64,000 nucleotides of DNA from Nostoc sp. GTDB lineage: Bacteria; Cyanobacteriota; Cyanobacteriia; Cyanobacteriales; Nostocaceae. This document shows positions 10,551-20,473 of this stretch, one piece after another; the first letter of the stretch is position 1, and the number at the start of each line of letters is the position of its first letter. The position numbers and the translations under genes are program-made. The stretch is taken from NCBI GenBank assembly GCA_036918135.1, contig JBALDB010000028.1, positions 160,001 to 224,000 of the forward strand. The letters run 5' to 3'. The notes beneath the pieces were generated by a model. The model was not told the origin of the DNA and did no database searches. It saw only the letters and a program-made list of their open reading frames with translations.

Positions 10551-11351
10551 TTAATTATGATCGTGCTGGTAACGACTGAACCCCGGCCCATAGGTTGCTA
10601 ACAAGTTTTGCGGAGAAAGGGCAATTTCCGGCTTTCCAGTACAAACAATGGTTTGATTTAAGCAAAGCACGCGATCGCAATGACGACTTACCATATCAAT
10701 ATCATGGGAAACTTGCAATACTGTCCAACCCTCTTCCCGTTTTAATTCATTTAGTAAAGCATAAAAATCTGCGGCACCTTGTACATCAACTCCAGCAAAG
10801 GCTTCATCTAGTACCAAGAGTTTCCGTTGCTTCACCAAACAATAAGCCAACAACACGCGTTTAAGCTGACCACCGCTAAGAGTACCAATAGCCTGATGTT
10901 GTAAATGATAAGCATCGGTTCGCCGTAAAGCTTCTGTTATTGCTGTGGATTTTTCTTGGTCTTGTGTTCGCAATCTCAAAAAAAATGAATCCCCCCTTTT
11001 GCCTTTTGCCTTTGGCCTTTTGCTTTCACTTGTCCATCCTAGTCCTACCAATTCCCTAACAGAAATTGGAAAGCTGCGGTCAAAGAAGAAGTTTTGTGGC
11101 ATATATCCCAATAAGTGACGTAGATGCCCTAGCTTTGCAATTGGACGATCCAATATTTGAATCGTACCAGCACTTCGAGGTATCAAATCTAAGACTGCTT
11201 TGATCAGAGTACTTTTACCCGCGCCATTGGGCCCAACTATAGCTGTATCTGTTCCAGGCAACAATTCAAAGGAAACATTTTCTACAGCTAAATAACTGCC
11301 TTGATAAACAGTTAATCCTTCTACTTTCAAAATAGGAATATTATTAGTCAT
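10551..11351 (-). CDS. znuC: Zn/Mn ABC transporter ATP-binding protein (ZnuC-like)
   Basis: GPNGAGKST Walker A, LSGGQ signature, VLDE Walker B, SHD, C-terminal HDH. Confidence 0.9.
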   Translation of the reverse strand: MTNNIPILKVEGLTVYQGSYLAVENVSFELLPGTDTAIVGPNGAGKSTLIKAVLDLIPRSAGTIQILDRPIAKLGHLRHLLGYMPQNFFFDRSFPISVRELVGLGWTSESKRPKAKGKRGDSFFLRLRTQDQEKSTAITEALRRTDAYHLQHQAIGTLSGGQLKRVLLAYCLVKQRKLLVLDEAFAGVDVQGAADFYALLNELKREEGWTVLQVSHDIDMVSRHCDRVLCLNQTIVCTGKPEIALSPQNLLATYGPGFSRYQHDHN

Positions 11352-11428
11352 TGGTAATTAGTCATTGGTTATTTGGCATTGGTCATTAGTCATTAGTCAT
11401 TTGCAAAGGATAATTGACAAAGGACAAA
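11343..11428. repeat. Heptamer short tandem repeats (STRR-type, CATTGGT/CATTAGT)
   Basis: Degenerate GTCATTG/GTCATTA tandem units between znuA and znuC. Confidence 0.75.
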
Positions 11429-11429
11429 C

Positions 11430-12446
11430 TTATTTACATGCCGTTTCTAGAGTTTGTAAGTTAGCTTTCATCGCTTGGAAATAATGCTGTGGATCTGTTT
11501 GACCTGTTTCTAAAGAATCTAAAGTACGCAAACTTAACTTCAAGTCTTTGGAGAGACTTGTGAGTAATTTATTATCTACTCCTGGTTCACTAAATAAGGC
11601 TTTAACTTTGTACTTTTTCACAGCGTTGACGGCATTTTGTACGTCAGTTGGTGAAAGTTGGTCTTCGGGAATTTCTACTACTGCAACTTGTTTGAGGTTA
11701 TAGCGTCTTGCTAAGTATGGAAATGCGTCATGAAAGGTGATAAAGGTACAACTCGGAGTTTTTTGTAATGTTTGCTGAAATTCACTGTTTAAATTTTCTA
11801 ATTCTTTTATATAAGCCGCAGCATTAGTCTGATAAGTAGCTTTATTTGCAGGGTCAGCAGCAATTAAACCATCCCGAATATTAGTTACTTGCTGTTTTGC
11901 CAAAACTGGATCTAACCAAACGTGAGGATTGCCTTGGGCGTGTTCGTGGTCGCTATCTTCCTCGTTTTTCCCAGTTTTCTCAACAGGTGAAATTTGATTT
12001 AAGGGTTTAATACCTTTACTGGCGTCAATTTCTACTAATTTAGAATTTTGGGCATTCTTGACAGTATCTTCTAAAAATTCCTCCAACCCTAAACCATTTT
12101 TTACTAATACATTGGCAGTGGCGATCGCTTTGACATTTTCTGGTGTCGCTTGATATTCGTGTACCTCCGTACCAGGTGGCACTAAAATTTCTACATCTGC
12201 AACGTTTCCAGCTACTGCCTTAGTAAACAAATATATCGGCAAAAATGTCGTCACTACTTTAGTTTTTCCTCGCTGCGCTGTTGGTGTAGATGCAGCCTCC
12301 TGTGCTTGCGGCGACTGTTGAGCAGTTGTTCCTTGATTTTGATTCGATTCGCTACAGCCACCAGCCATTGACAACATTAACACAGCAACTAATGACACGA
12401 TGCCGCTTCGCTGTCTGCGGGTTCTAGATATTCTGCAATTCTTCAT
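11430..12446 (-). CDS. znuA: Zn/Mn ABC transporter substrate-binding lipoprotein (ZnuA-like)
   Basis: Lipobox-like MAGGC, EVHEYQATP, NPHVWLDP, TFHDAFPY metal-binding motifs. Confidence 0.9.
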   Translation of the reverse strand: MKNCRISRTRRQRSGIVSLVAVLMLSMAGGCSESNQNQGTTAQQSPQAQEAASTPTAQRGKTKVVTTFLPIYLFTKAVAGNVADVEILVPPGTEVHEYQATPENVKAIATANVLVKNGLGLEEFLEDTVKNAQNSKLVEIDASKGIKPLNQISPVEKTGKNEEDSDHEHAQGNPHVWLDPVLAKQQVTNIRDGLIAADPANKATYQTNAAAYIKELENLNSEFQQTLQKTPSCTFITFHDAFPYLARRYNLKQVAVVEIPEDQLSPTDVQNAVNAVKKYKVKALFSEPGVDNKLLTSLSKDLKLSLRTLDSLETGQTDPQHYFQAMKANLQTLETACK

Positions 12447-12499
12447 CAGAGTGTTTTCTCCTCAAAACCTATACATACTGTGCCTTTGCACAATTTTTG

Positions 12500-12535
12500 T
12501 TGACAATGATACTTATTCTACTATAATAATTCTCA
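12500..12535 (+). promoter_or_regulatory. Consensus sigma70 promoter overlapped by a Zur/Fur-like box
   Basis: TTGACA (12500)-N16-TATAAT (12522). CTATAATAATTCTCA (12521-12535; reverse complement TGAGAATTATTATAG) resembles the 7-1-7 TGATAATNATTATCA box. Confidence 0.6.
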
Positions 12536-12769
12536 TTCTCAATCAAAGTACACATATTATTTAAGTATTTACTGTGTAAAGAATGACGACATAAGTTGTT
12601 CAGCAGGGCTGCTCTAGCATTTAAATTTTGCCAAAATAATTAAGATTTCTTGAAAGATTTTGTTAACAATCTTGCATACTTCTGATAAGATTACTGACGA
12701 GTTTTTAATAAAATGTGCTTTAAAAAAGCGCGGTGTGAGTGCGAACTATAAAAAAGTGTGAGGAGAAAA

Positions 12770-14392
12770 ATGCAAAAATTTTGTAAATATCTGCTAATTA
12801 GTCCAGCATTATGCAGTGTAGTGTTATTGATGAATACTGCTGCATTTGCAGGTGAAACATCAAACACTTCCCAAATCAATCAAGCGCAAATTATAACTAC
12901 TCCAAACACAAAAGTTCAGAATATAGCTGAAGATAAGACAACGGCGCAAGTTACCTCAGTGTCTCAGCTGTCAGATGTGCAAACTACAGACTGGGCATTC
13001 CAAGCATTGCAATCATTAGTAGAACGCTATGGTTGTATTGCAGGATACCCAAATAGCACTTATCGTGGTAATCGGGCACTGACACGGTATGAGTTTGCTG
13101 CTGGTTTAAATGCTTGTCTCGATCGGGTTAACGAACTAATTGCGACAGCCACCGGCGATTTGGTTAACAAACAAGATTTAGCCACATTACAAAAGCTACA
13201 ACAAGATTTTTCAGCTGAACTGGTGACACTGCGGGGTCGTGTAGATGCAGTAGAAGCACGCACTGCTGAGGTAGAAGCAAATCGGTTTTCCACCACAACC
13301 AAACTGCAAGGGGAAGTTATTGCAGTCGTCAGCGATGTTTTGTCAGGAAATACAGTCAACGGTGCAGAAATTACAGAAAAGAATACAACTTTGGGGCTAA
13401 GGGCGCGGATAGAATTAGTTACCAGCTTTACAGGGCAAGATACGCTGTTCACTAGAATTCAGGCTGATAATATTTTCAGCCCTAATATTGGTACACCAGA
13501 GGGCAATTTATTTTTTGCTGGCGAGGATGGTACTACTAATACCAGTATCGATGCACTATATTACAAATTTCCCTTGGGCAAAAACACAGAGGTAATTGCT
13601 CTTGCCAATGCAGGTGCAGCAGATGACCTGACCAATACGATTAATCTCTTTGATGGTGATGGTTCTTTTGGGGCTTTATCCACCTTTGGTACACGCAACC
13701 CAATTTATAACCAGATAAATGGTGCGGGGTTGGGAATAACATATAACTTCAGCCAACAATTAGGGCTAAGTCTAGGGTATTTGAGTGGTACAGCTAATAA
13801 CCCTACATTTAATAATGGTTTGTTCAATGGTTCTTACGGTGCGTTGGCACAGCTGACAGTTCAACCTAGCGATCGCATTTCTATCGGTTTAACTTACATC
13901 AATTCTTATAACCAACCACTACTCACAGGTAGCAATGCAGCTACCTTCCAAGATATAGCAGCTATCCAAGGTTTACCGGAAGAAGAAGTCGGATTTTCCA
14001 GTAATTCTTACGGTGTCCAAGCATCCATTGGCATTACTGACAAGATAGTTTTAGGTGGTTGGGCTGGATACACAAATAGCCGAAGCTTGAGAGGAAACCG
14101 TGGAGATGTTGACATTTGGAACTATGCTGTTACCCTTGGCTTTCCTGACCTGGGTACAAAAGGCAGCTTAGCAGGTATTATTGCAGGTATGGAGCCTAAA
14201 GTAACAAATTCTACCCTAGCAGGACTAGCTGAAGATGCGGATACATCCTATCATCTGGAAGCATTCTACCAATATAAGCTTAGTGATAATATTACCATTA
14301 CTCCAGGAGTCATTTGGCTAACAGCCCCAGATCATAACAATGACAATGATGATGTTGTGATTGGTGCCCTGAGAACCACATTCAGTTTCTAA
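12770..14392 (+). CDS. SLH-domain outer-membrane porin (OprB/SomA 'iron uptake porin' family)
   Basis: QVTSVSQLSDVQTTDWAFQALQSLVERYGCIAGYP SLH motif, FSTTTKL, terminal GALRTTFSF; AGGAG RBS at 12761. Confidence 0.93.
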   Translation: MQKFCKYLLISPALCSVVLLMNTAAFAGETSNTSQINQAQIITTPNTKVQNIAEDKTTAQVTSVSQLSDVQTTDWAFQALQSLVERYGCIAGYPNSTYRGNRALTRYEFAAGLNACLDRVNELIATATGDLVNKQDLATLQKLQQDFSAELVTLRGRVDAVEARTAEVEANRFSTTTKLQGEVIAVVSDVLSGNTVNGAEITEKNTTLGLRARIELVTSFTGQDTLFTRIQADNIFSPNIGTPEGNLFFAGEDGTTNTSIDALYYKFPLGKNTEVIALANAGAADDLTNTINLFDGDGSFGALSTFGTRNPIYNQINGAGLGITYNFSQQLGLSLGYLSGTANNPTFNNGLFNGSYGALAQLTVQPSDRISIGLTYINSYNQPLLTGSNAATFQDIAAIQGLPEEEVGFSSNSYGVQASIGITDKIVLGGWAGYTNSRSLRGNRGDVDIWNYAVTLGFPDLGTKGSLAGIIAGMEPKVTNSTLAGLAEDADTSYHLEAFYQYKLSDNITITPGVIWLTAPDHNNDNDDVVIGALRTTFSF

Positions 14393-14410
14393 TTTTCAAT
14401 ATTTCAAAAT

Positions 14411-14444
14411 AAAGACGCAAAAGAGTATTTTGCGTCTTTTGTTT
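14411..14444 (+). terminator. Rho-independent terminator of the porin gene
   Basis: AAAGACGCAAAA-GAGTA-TTTTGCGTCTTT followed by a T tract. Confidence 0.8.
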
Positions 14445-14759
14445 TATAGCAGGAGGCAGGAGGCAGAAGGCAGGAGGCAGAAGGTGGAAACTCTTTATAT
14501 CTGATGAATCAGTCCTGCATTTTATACCTCACTCACTTGCAATCTGCTGTAGCTAACGCACCCTACGTATATTTCAACAATTAAATATGAGTCCTATATA
14601 TGATATTAAAATAAGCACAGAACATTCAGCTTAATCTGTTTAAGATTACTGAGTAAACTGTGCCCAACAGGCGAGTAATTATAAAAATACCGCACAAACT
14701 TTAAATAATCCCCTTCCTTCAAGAAAGGGGAGAGTCAAAGCCCTAATTGTAAATGTTCT

Positions 14760-15016
14760 TTAAGACTGATAAATCAAAAAATATCCTACTATTTACAGTC
14801 AATGGTCATCAGTCATCAGTCAACAACTTCAAACCGGATAATTTATATCATGTTCGGGTGAATACTTGTCATTGCGTTAGCCCTTGGCCTTCCCGTAGGG
14901 TACGAAGTGAAGCGATCGCACTTGACTTTGTGATTGCTTCACTTCACTTCTTGCACTCGCTTTGGGCATATCACAAGTGATTAGCCGAACATGATATTAT
15001 TTTTTGCAGTTCCCTT
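14760..15016. mobile_element. MITE-like repeat with a second MITE (14845-14997) nested inside
   Basis: Outer ends match the dispersed family; inner element bounded by ATATCATGTTCGG / CCGAACATGATAT. Confidence 0.65.
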
Positions 15017-15046
15017 CCACGCTTGATATTATCGCTGTATCACCAT

Positions 15047-15208
15047 CTACCAAATATCAGCTGTACCTTTCTTATAAGGCTCACCAGTAAAAGGTTGTAC
15101 GCCAATAATAGGATACGCATCATCAGTAGGGCCAAAAATCCGCATTGCAGCTTCTGAAATATACTGGGTCACATTAGCAAGCATTTGGGAAATATTGAAA
15201 ATAGTCAT
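15047..15208 (-). CDS. Small protein, 53 aa (not in the ORF track)
   Basis: MTIFNISQMLANVTQYISEAAMRIFGPTDDAYPIIGVQPFTGEPYKKGTADIW; GGAG RBS upstream; resembles a conserved cyanobacterial small-protein family. Confidence 0.8.
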   Translation of the reverse strand: MTIFNISQMLANVTQYISEAAMRIFGPTDDAYPIIGVQPFTGEPYKKGTADIW

Positions 15209-15644
15209 ATTATTTGACTCCTAATTTTCGAGCCGCTTTAATCGTGATACCTCTACTCTAATTCTGATTTTCTTAGCTAGCTGCAACTCTCAATATATTG
15301 AAAATCTATGCAATATTTATTCAGATAAGTTTGCAATACTTTAGCTTTTCAAAAAGTCAAAACTTTTTCTTAATTTTAATTGTAACACAACTATTTCCTA
15401 AGAACTCAGCACTCAGGAGGAGGCAGTGCGCTGGAGGGGTTTGCTGACTTGTTCGCTCTTAGCTTCCTGCTATCAAAGCAACTACCATTCAAAAGCCAGA
15501 ATTTATCAAAACGTAATATTAGTGCCAAGCCAGAAGATGCTGCACTTTTACTATTAAAAAACATTAAATAATTAATAAAGTTAATATAAATCTGCCTGTA
15601 AATTCATACTTGTACAGTAATCTCAGAAGTATATTCACTGGGAG

Positions 15645-15679
15645 TTGACATTATTTATGGTGAATAATACCATAAATAA
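15645..15679 (+). promoter_or_regulatory. pncB promoter with NrtR-type operator
   Basis: TTGACA (15645)-N17-TACCAT. Perfect palindrome TTATTTATGGT-N7-ACCATAAATAA (15651-15679) with the GT-N7-AC core. nrtR lies in the same operon. Confidence 0.85.
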
Positions 15680-15708
15680 AAGAAGCGTTCTTATAAGGAA
15701 GCTCTAGC

Positions 15709-17121
15709 ATGACAACTTTCTCAGATTTAGATTATGTAAATAAGCAGCAAACCCAGCAGAATCAGGAACTAAACCTATGTGCGGATGACTACAGTTTGCT
15801 GACTGACCTTTACCAATTGACGATGGCGGCTTGTTACGTAGGCGAAGGTATAGAACAACGACGGGCAAGCTTTGAGTTGTCTGTCAGACGCTTGCCTCCT
15901 AATTTTGGTTATTTAATTGCAATGGGCTTGGCGCAGGCGTTGGCATATTTAGAAAAATTTCGCTTTAATTCATCGCAAATTGCGGCGTTACAAGCGACAG
16001 GAATTTTTGCTGGGGCAAGCGATCGCTTTTGGTCGTTGTTAGCTCAAGGCCAGTTTAATGGGGATGTTTGGGCAGTCCCAGAAGGAACGGCTGTGTTTGC
16101 CAATCAACCACTGTTACGCATTGAAGCACCGCTTTGGCAAGCACAACTAGTAGAAACCTATCTTTTAAATACTATTAATTACCAAACTTTAATTGCTACA
16201 AAAGCAGCCCGCTTGCGGGATGTAGCTGGAGACTCAGCGACACTTTTAGAATTTGGCACAAGACGGGCATTTAGTCCCCAAGGATCTTTGTGGGCGGTGC
16301 GGGCGGCGTTGGCTGGTGGATTGGATTCCAGTTCCAATGTGTTAGCAGCGCTACAACTGGGACAAAAGCCAAGTGGTACGATGGCACACGCCTTAGTGAT
16401 GGCGCTGTCAGCAGTAGAAGGTACTGAAGAACAAGCCTTTAGTGCATTTCATCGATATTTTCCGGGTGCGCCATTGTTGATTGATACCTACGATACCGTT
16501 GCTGCTGCCCAACGCTTAGCTGCAAAAGTAAATTCCGGGGAAATGCAATTAACAGGAGTGAGATTGGACTCAGGAGACTTAATTACCTTATCAAAACAAG
16601 TGCGATCGCTACTTCCTGGTGTGACAATTTTTGCTAGTGGCGATTTGGATGAGTGGGAAATTGCCAGACTCAAAGCTGCTGGGGCTGAAATTGATGGTTA
16701 CGGATTGGGAACGCGATTAGTTACAGGTTCTCCCATAAATGGAGTTTATAAACTTGTAGACATTGACGGCATCCCAGTGATGAAGCAGTCGAGTGGCAAG
16801 ATAACTTATCCAGGACGCAAGCAGATTTTTCGCTCCTTGACAGAAGGTAAGGTAAAAGCAGACAGGTTGGGACTTTTAGGTGAAAGTTCTTTGGAACAAC
16901 CATTATTAGAGTTGGTAGTCCAGCAGGGTAAACAGTTGCAACCGCCCGAAACTTTGGAAACAATTCGTCAGCGTACTGCTGCCTCAGTTGCCAGTTTGCC
17001 ACAACAAACGCGGCGCTTAGATCGTCCTGTGGCTGTAGAAGTAGAAATTTCTGCCGCACTGCAAGAGTTGACAGAGGAAACTAAAAAACGAATCGCACAG
17101 GCACAGAAAACACACAGATAA
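15709..17121 (+). CDS. pncB: Nicotinate phosphoribosyltransferase
   Basis: LLTDLYQLTM, EFGTRRA, GTMAH, LIDTYD, VRLDSGD, GVYKLV. Confidence 0.95.
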   Translation: MTTFSDLDYVNKQQTQQNQELNLCADDYSLLTDLYQLTMAACYVGEGIEQRRASFELSVRRLPPNFGYLIAMGLAQALAYLEKFRFNSSQIAALQATGIFAGASDRFWSLLAQGQFNGDVWAVPEGTAVFANQPLLRIEAPLWQAQLVETYLLNTINYQTLIATKAARLRDVAGDSATLLEFGTRRAFSPQGSLWAVRAALAGGLDSSSNVLAALQLGQKPSGTMAHALVMALSAVEGTEEQAFSAFHRYFPGAPLLIDTYDTVAAAQRLAAKVNSGEMQLTGVRLDSGDLITLSKQVRSLLPGVTIFASGDLDEWEIARLKAAGAEIDGYGLGTRLVTGSPINGVYKLVDIDGIPVMKQSSGKITYPGRKQIFRSLTEGKVKADRLGLLGESSLEQPLLELVVQQGKQLQPPETLETIRQRTAASVASLPQQTRRLDRPVAVEVEISAALQELTEETKKRIAQAQKTHR

Positions 17122-17157
17122 AAATACTCTTTGAGTATGTCTTAATTACGAATTACT

Positions 17158-17757
17158 ATGAGAATTGCTTTATTTGGAACTAGTGCCGATCCGCCAACTA
17201 CTGGACATCAGGAAATTCTGGGTTGGTTGTCTGAGCGTTACGAGCAAGTAGCGGTTTGGGCAGCGGATAATCCATTTAAGTCCCATCAAACACCTTTAGA
17301 GCATCGGGCGGCAATGCTGCAATTGTTGATTGCGGATATAGACGCACCACCGCACAATATTGCTTTGGAGCAAGAATTGAGTAGCTTGAGAACGCTAGAA
17401 ACAGTGGAAAAAGCCAAATTACATTGGGGTGAGAACGTTGAATTAACTTTAGTAATTGGTTCGGATTTACTGACTCAGCTACCAAATTGGTATCGCATTG
17501 AAGATTTGTTACAGGAAGTGCAACTATTGATTGTACCGCGACCGGGATATGCAATAGATGAGTCTAATTTGGAGGTAGTCCAAAAGTTGGGAGGCAAGAT
17601 GGCGATCGCTAGTCTAACTGGCCTAGATATTTCCTCAACAGCCTACCGCGAACATGGAGATTCTCAAGCCCTGACTCCCCCTGTAGTTGCTTATATTAAT
17701 CGAGAGCATTTATACAAATGCCAGGACGCCAGCAAAAAAAGATTTCAACTCCGCTAA
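17158..17757 (+). CDS. nadD: Nicotinate-nucleotide adenylyltransferase
   Basis: LFGTSADPPTTGH, VIGSD, ISST motifs. Confidence 0.92.
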   Translation: MRIALFGTSADPPTTGHQEILGWLSERYEQVAVWAADNPFKSHQTPLEHRAAMLQLLIADIDAPPHNIALEQELSSLRTLETVEKAKLHWGENVELTLVIGSDLLTQLPNWYRIEDLLQEVQLLIVPRPGYAIDESNLEVVQKLGGKMAIASLTGLDISSTAYREHGDSQALTPPVVAYINREHLYKCQDASKKRFQLR

Positions 17758-18464
17758 ACCAACAACCTTTGGCCGATTTCAAGGTTGGTGTTGATAATGT
17801 AATTTTTTCTGTAGATACTGCACAAAATCGGCTGTTAGTTCTATTAGTAATGCGACAGCAAGAACCATTTTTAAATCATTGGAGTCTTCCCGGTACTTTG
17901 GTGCGTCGAGGAGAGTCTTTGGAAGATGCCGCATATCGCATTATGGCGGAGAAAATTAAGGTAAACAACCTCTATTTGGAACAACTTTATACCTTTGGAG
18001 GGCCGAATCGCGACCCGCGGGAAGCAACTGATAGCTATGGTGTGCGTTATCTATCAGTTAGTTATTTTGCTCTTGTGCGATTTGAAGAAGCTGAATTGAT
18101 TGCCGATCGCGTTACAGGTATAGCGTGGTATCCAGTTAAACAAGTCCCACAATTGGCTTTCGATCATAATGAAATTTTGACCTATGGACATAGGCGTTTG
18201 CGAAATAAATTGGAGTATAGTCCGGTGGCTTTTGAAGTCTTGCCAGAAATGTTCACGTTAAATGATTTATATCAGTTATATGCCACAGTTTTAGGTGACA
18301 ATTTTTCTGATTATTCTAATTTTCGGGCGCGTTTACTCAAGTTAGGTTTTTTATCCGATACCGGAATTAAAGTCTCACGGGGTGCTGGTCGTCCGGCTAG
18401 TTTATATAAGTTTGATGCCGAAGCCTTTGCCCCCTTAAAAGATAAACCTTTGGTGTTTATTTAA
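17718..18464 (+). CDS. nrtR: NrtR-family regulator (Nudix + winged HTH)
   Basis: WSLPG degenerate Nudix box, LEQLYTFG, RDPR, LAFDH, SNFR, GRPASLY. Confidence 0.88.
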   Translation: MPGRQQKKISTPLNQQPLADFKVGVDNVIFSVDTAQNRLLVLLVMRQQEPFLNHWSLPGTLVRRGESLEDAAYRIMAEKIKVNNLYLEQLYTFGGPNRDPREATDSYGVRYLSVSYFALVRFEEAELIADRVTGIAWYPVKQVPQLAFDHNEILTYGHRRLRNKLEYSPVAFEVLPEMFTLNDLYQLYATVLGDNFSDYSNFRARLLKLGFLSDTGIKVSRGAGRPASLYKFDAEAFAPLKDKPLVFI

Positions 18465-18466
18465 TT

Positions 18467-18641
18467 AGGGAGATGAGGGGGATGAGGGAGATGGGGAAGT
18501 GTGGGGAGAGAGGAGGGCAAGATTTCTTCCCCATCCTCCCTATCCTCCTTTTCCTCCCATACTTGCATTTGTTCCCCATCCTCCCACACCTCCCACACTC
18601 CCTGTTTGACCAATGACCAATGACCAATGACTAATAACTAA
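18467..18641. repeat. Purine/pyrimidine imperfect inverted repeat plus STRR heptamers
   Basis: GGGAGATGAGGG.. / ..CCCATCCTCCC arms followed by (TGACCAA)n; similar to 55525-55660. Confidence 0.65.
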
Positions 18642-18642
18642 T

Positions 18643-20391
18643 ATGAAAATTGCGATCGCTCAAATTAATCCGACAATTGGTGACTTACTAGGAAATGCCC
18701 AAAAAATCCTAGAAGCGGCACAACGCGCTGCATCTAGCGGTGCGCGTTTGTTGCTGACACCAGAACTTTCTTTGTGTGGCTATCCCCCACGAGATTTATT
18801 ACTAAATCCTAGTTTTGTTGAAGCTATGAATATAACTTTACAAAACTTAGCTCAAGATTTACCAGTAAATTTAGCGGTGTTGGTAGGAACTGTTGAACAA
18901 AATATTAATGCACATACTAATGGTGGTAAAAGTTTATTTAACAGCATCGCTTTGCTAGAAAATAGCGAAGTCAAACAAGTTTTTCACAAGCGACTTTTAC
19001 CTACTTATGATGTATTTGATGAACGCCGTTATTTCGATCCAGGCTTGCAAGCGAATTATTTCACCTTAGATAATATCAATATTGGCGTCACTATTTGCGA
19101 AGATTTGTGGAATGATGAGGAATTTTGGGGCAAACGTACTTATGCAGTAAATCCCATTGCTGATTTAGCAATTCTGGGTGTAGATTTAATTGTGAATTTG
19201 TCTGCTTCTCCTTATACTGCGGGCAAGCAACAGTTTCGTGAAACAATGCTCAAGTATAGCGCAGTGCGTTTCCAACAACCGATTATTTATGCTAACCAAG
19301 TTGGAGGAAATGATGATTTAATTTTTGATGGTCGTAGTTTTGCCTTAAATCGTCAAGGTGAAATTATTTGTCGCGCCCGTGGTTTTGAAGCTGATTTGTT
19401 AGCGATTGAATTTGACGAGGCGGTGCGAGATTTGCAAGTGAGTTCTGTCGCACCTGTATATGAGTCAGAAGATGAAGAAATCTGGCAAGCTTTGGTTTTG
19501 GGAGTACGAGATTATGCCCGCAAGTGTCGCTTTTCTAAAGTAGTTTTGGGTCTGAGTGGCGGAATTGATTCGGCACTAGTAGCAGCGATCGCCACTGCTG
19601 CACTCGGTCAAGAAAATGTGCTGGGTGTTCTCATGCCTTCACCTTATAGTTCTGAACATTCTATTAGCGATGCTTTAGCATTAGCCGAAAATTTGGGAAT
19701 CAAAACTGATACTTTACCAATTGGCGAATTAATGCAAGGCTTCGATAAAACTTTAGCCAATTTATTTGCAGATACAGAATTTGGACTCGCAGAGGAGAAT
19801 ATCCAATCCCGGATTCGGGGTAATTTATTAATGGCGATCGCTAATAAATTTGGCTATCTTCTCTTATCTACCGGTAACAAGTCAGAAATGGCGGTCGGTT
19901 ACTGTACTCTCTACGGCGATATGAATGGCGGCTTAGCAGTAATTGCAGATGTTCCTAAAACCCGCGTTTATTCACTTTGCCACTGGTTAAATCAAAATAA
20001 GGAAATCATCCCCAACAACGTCTTGACTAAAGCACCTAGCGCCGAACTCAAACCAGGTCAATTAGATCGAGACTCTCTACCGCCCTACGAAATTTTAGAC
20101 GATATCTTACAACGCCTGATTCACAATTACCAATCAGCAGCCCAAATTGTCGCAGCCGGTCACGATTGTCTAATTGTAAACCGAGTAATTCAGATGGTGG
20201 CGCGGGCTGAATTTAAACGCCGACAAGCACCCCCCGGCTTAAAAATTACCGATCGCGCCTTTGGAACTGGTTGGCGAATGCCAATTGCCAGTAATTGGGT
20301 TGGTATCAAAAACGCCTATCAGACTCAAACCACACCCACGCCTACCTTAGCCTATCGGGATGGACAAGATGCCCAGCGGCGAATTAAGTGA
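18643..20391 (+). CDS. nadE: Glutamine-dependent NAD+ synthetase
   Basis: N-terminal nitrilase domain (TPELSLCGY, ICEDLW); GLSGGIDS, ENIQSRIRG, TGNKSE, GYCTLYGD, PSAEL. Confidence 0.96.
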   Translation: MKIAIAQINPTIGDLLGNAQKILEAAQRAASSGARLLLTPELSLCGYPPRDLLLNPSFVEAMNITLQNLAQDLPVNLAVLVGTVEQNINAHTNGGKSLFNSIALLENSEVKQVFHKRLLPTYDVFDERRYFDPGLQANYFTLDNINIGVTICEDLWNDEEFWGKRTYAVNPIADLAILGVDLIVNLSASPYTAGKQQFRETMLKYSAVRFQQPIIYANQVGGNDDLIFDGRSFALNRQGEIICRARGFEADLLAIEFDEAVRDLQVSSVAPVYESEDEEIWQALVLGVRDYARKCRFSKVVLGLSGGIDSALVAAIATAALGQENVLGVLMPSPYSSEHSISDALALAENLGIKTDTLPIGELMQGFDKTLANLFADTEFGLAEENIQSRIRGNLLMAIANKFGYLLLSTGNKSEMAVGYCTLYGDMNGGLAVIADVPKTRVYSLCHWLNQNKEIIPNNVLTKAPSAELKPGQLDRDSLPPYEILDDILQRLIHNYQSAAQIVAAGHDCLIVNRVIQMVARAEFKRRQAPPGLKITDRAFGTGWRMPIASNWVGIKNAYQTQTTPTPTLAYRDGQDAQRRIK

Positions 20392-20473
20392 ATGAGAATG
20401 TAAAGACAGGGGGACGCGGGGACACTTTCCTATGTACGTTGCAGTGTCTCCTACCTTTACCTCCTCTTCCCTC

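Noticed and set aside
14753..14980. 75-aa ORF
   Set aside because: Lies entirely within nested repeat elements
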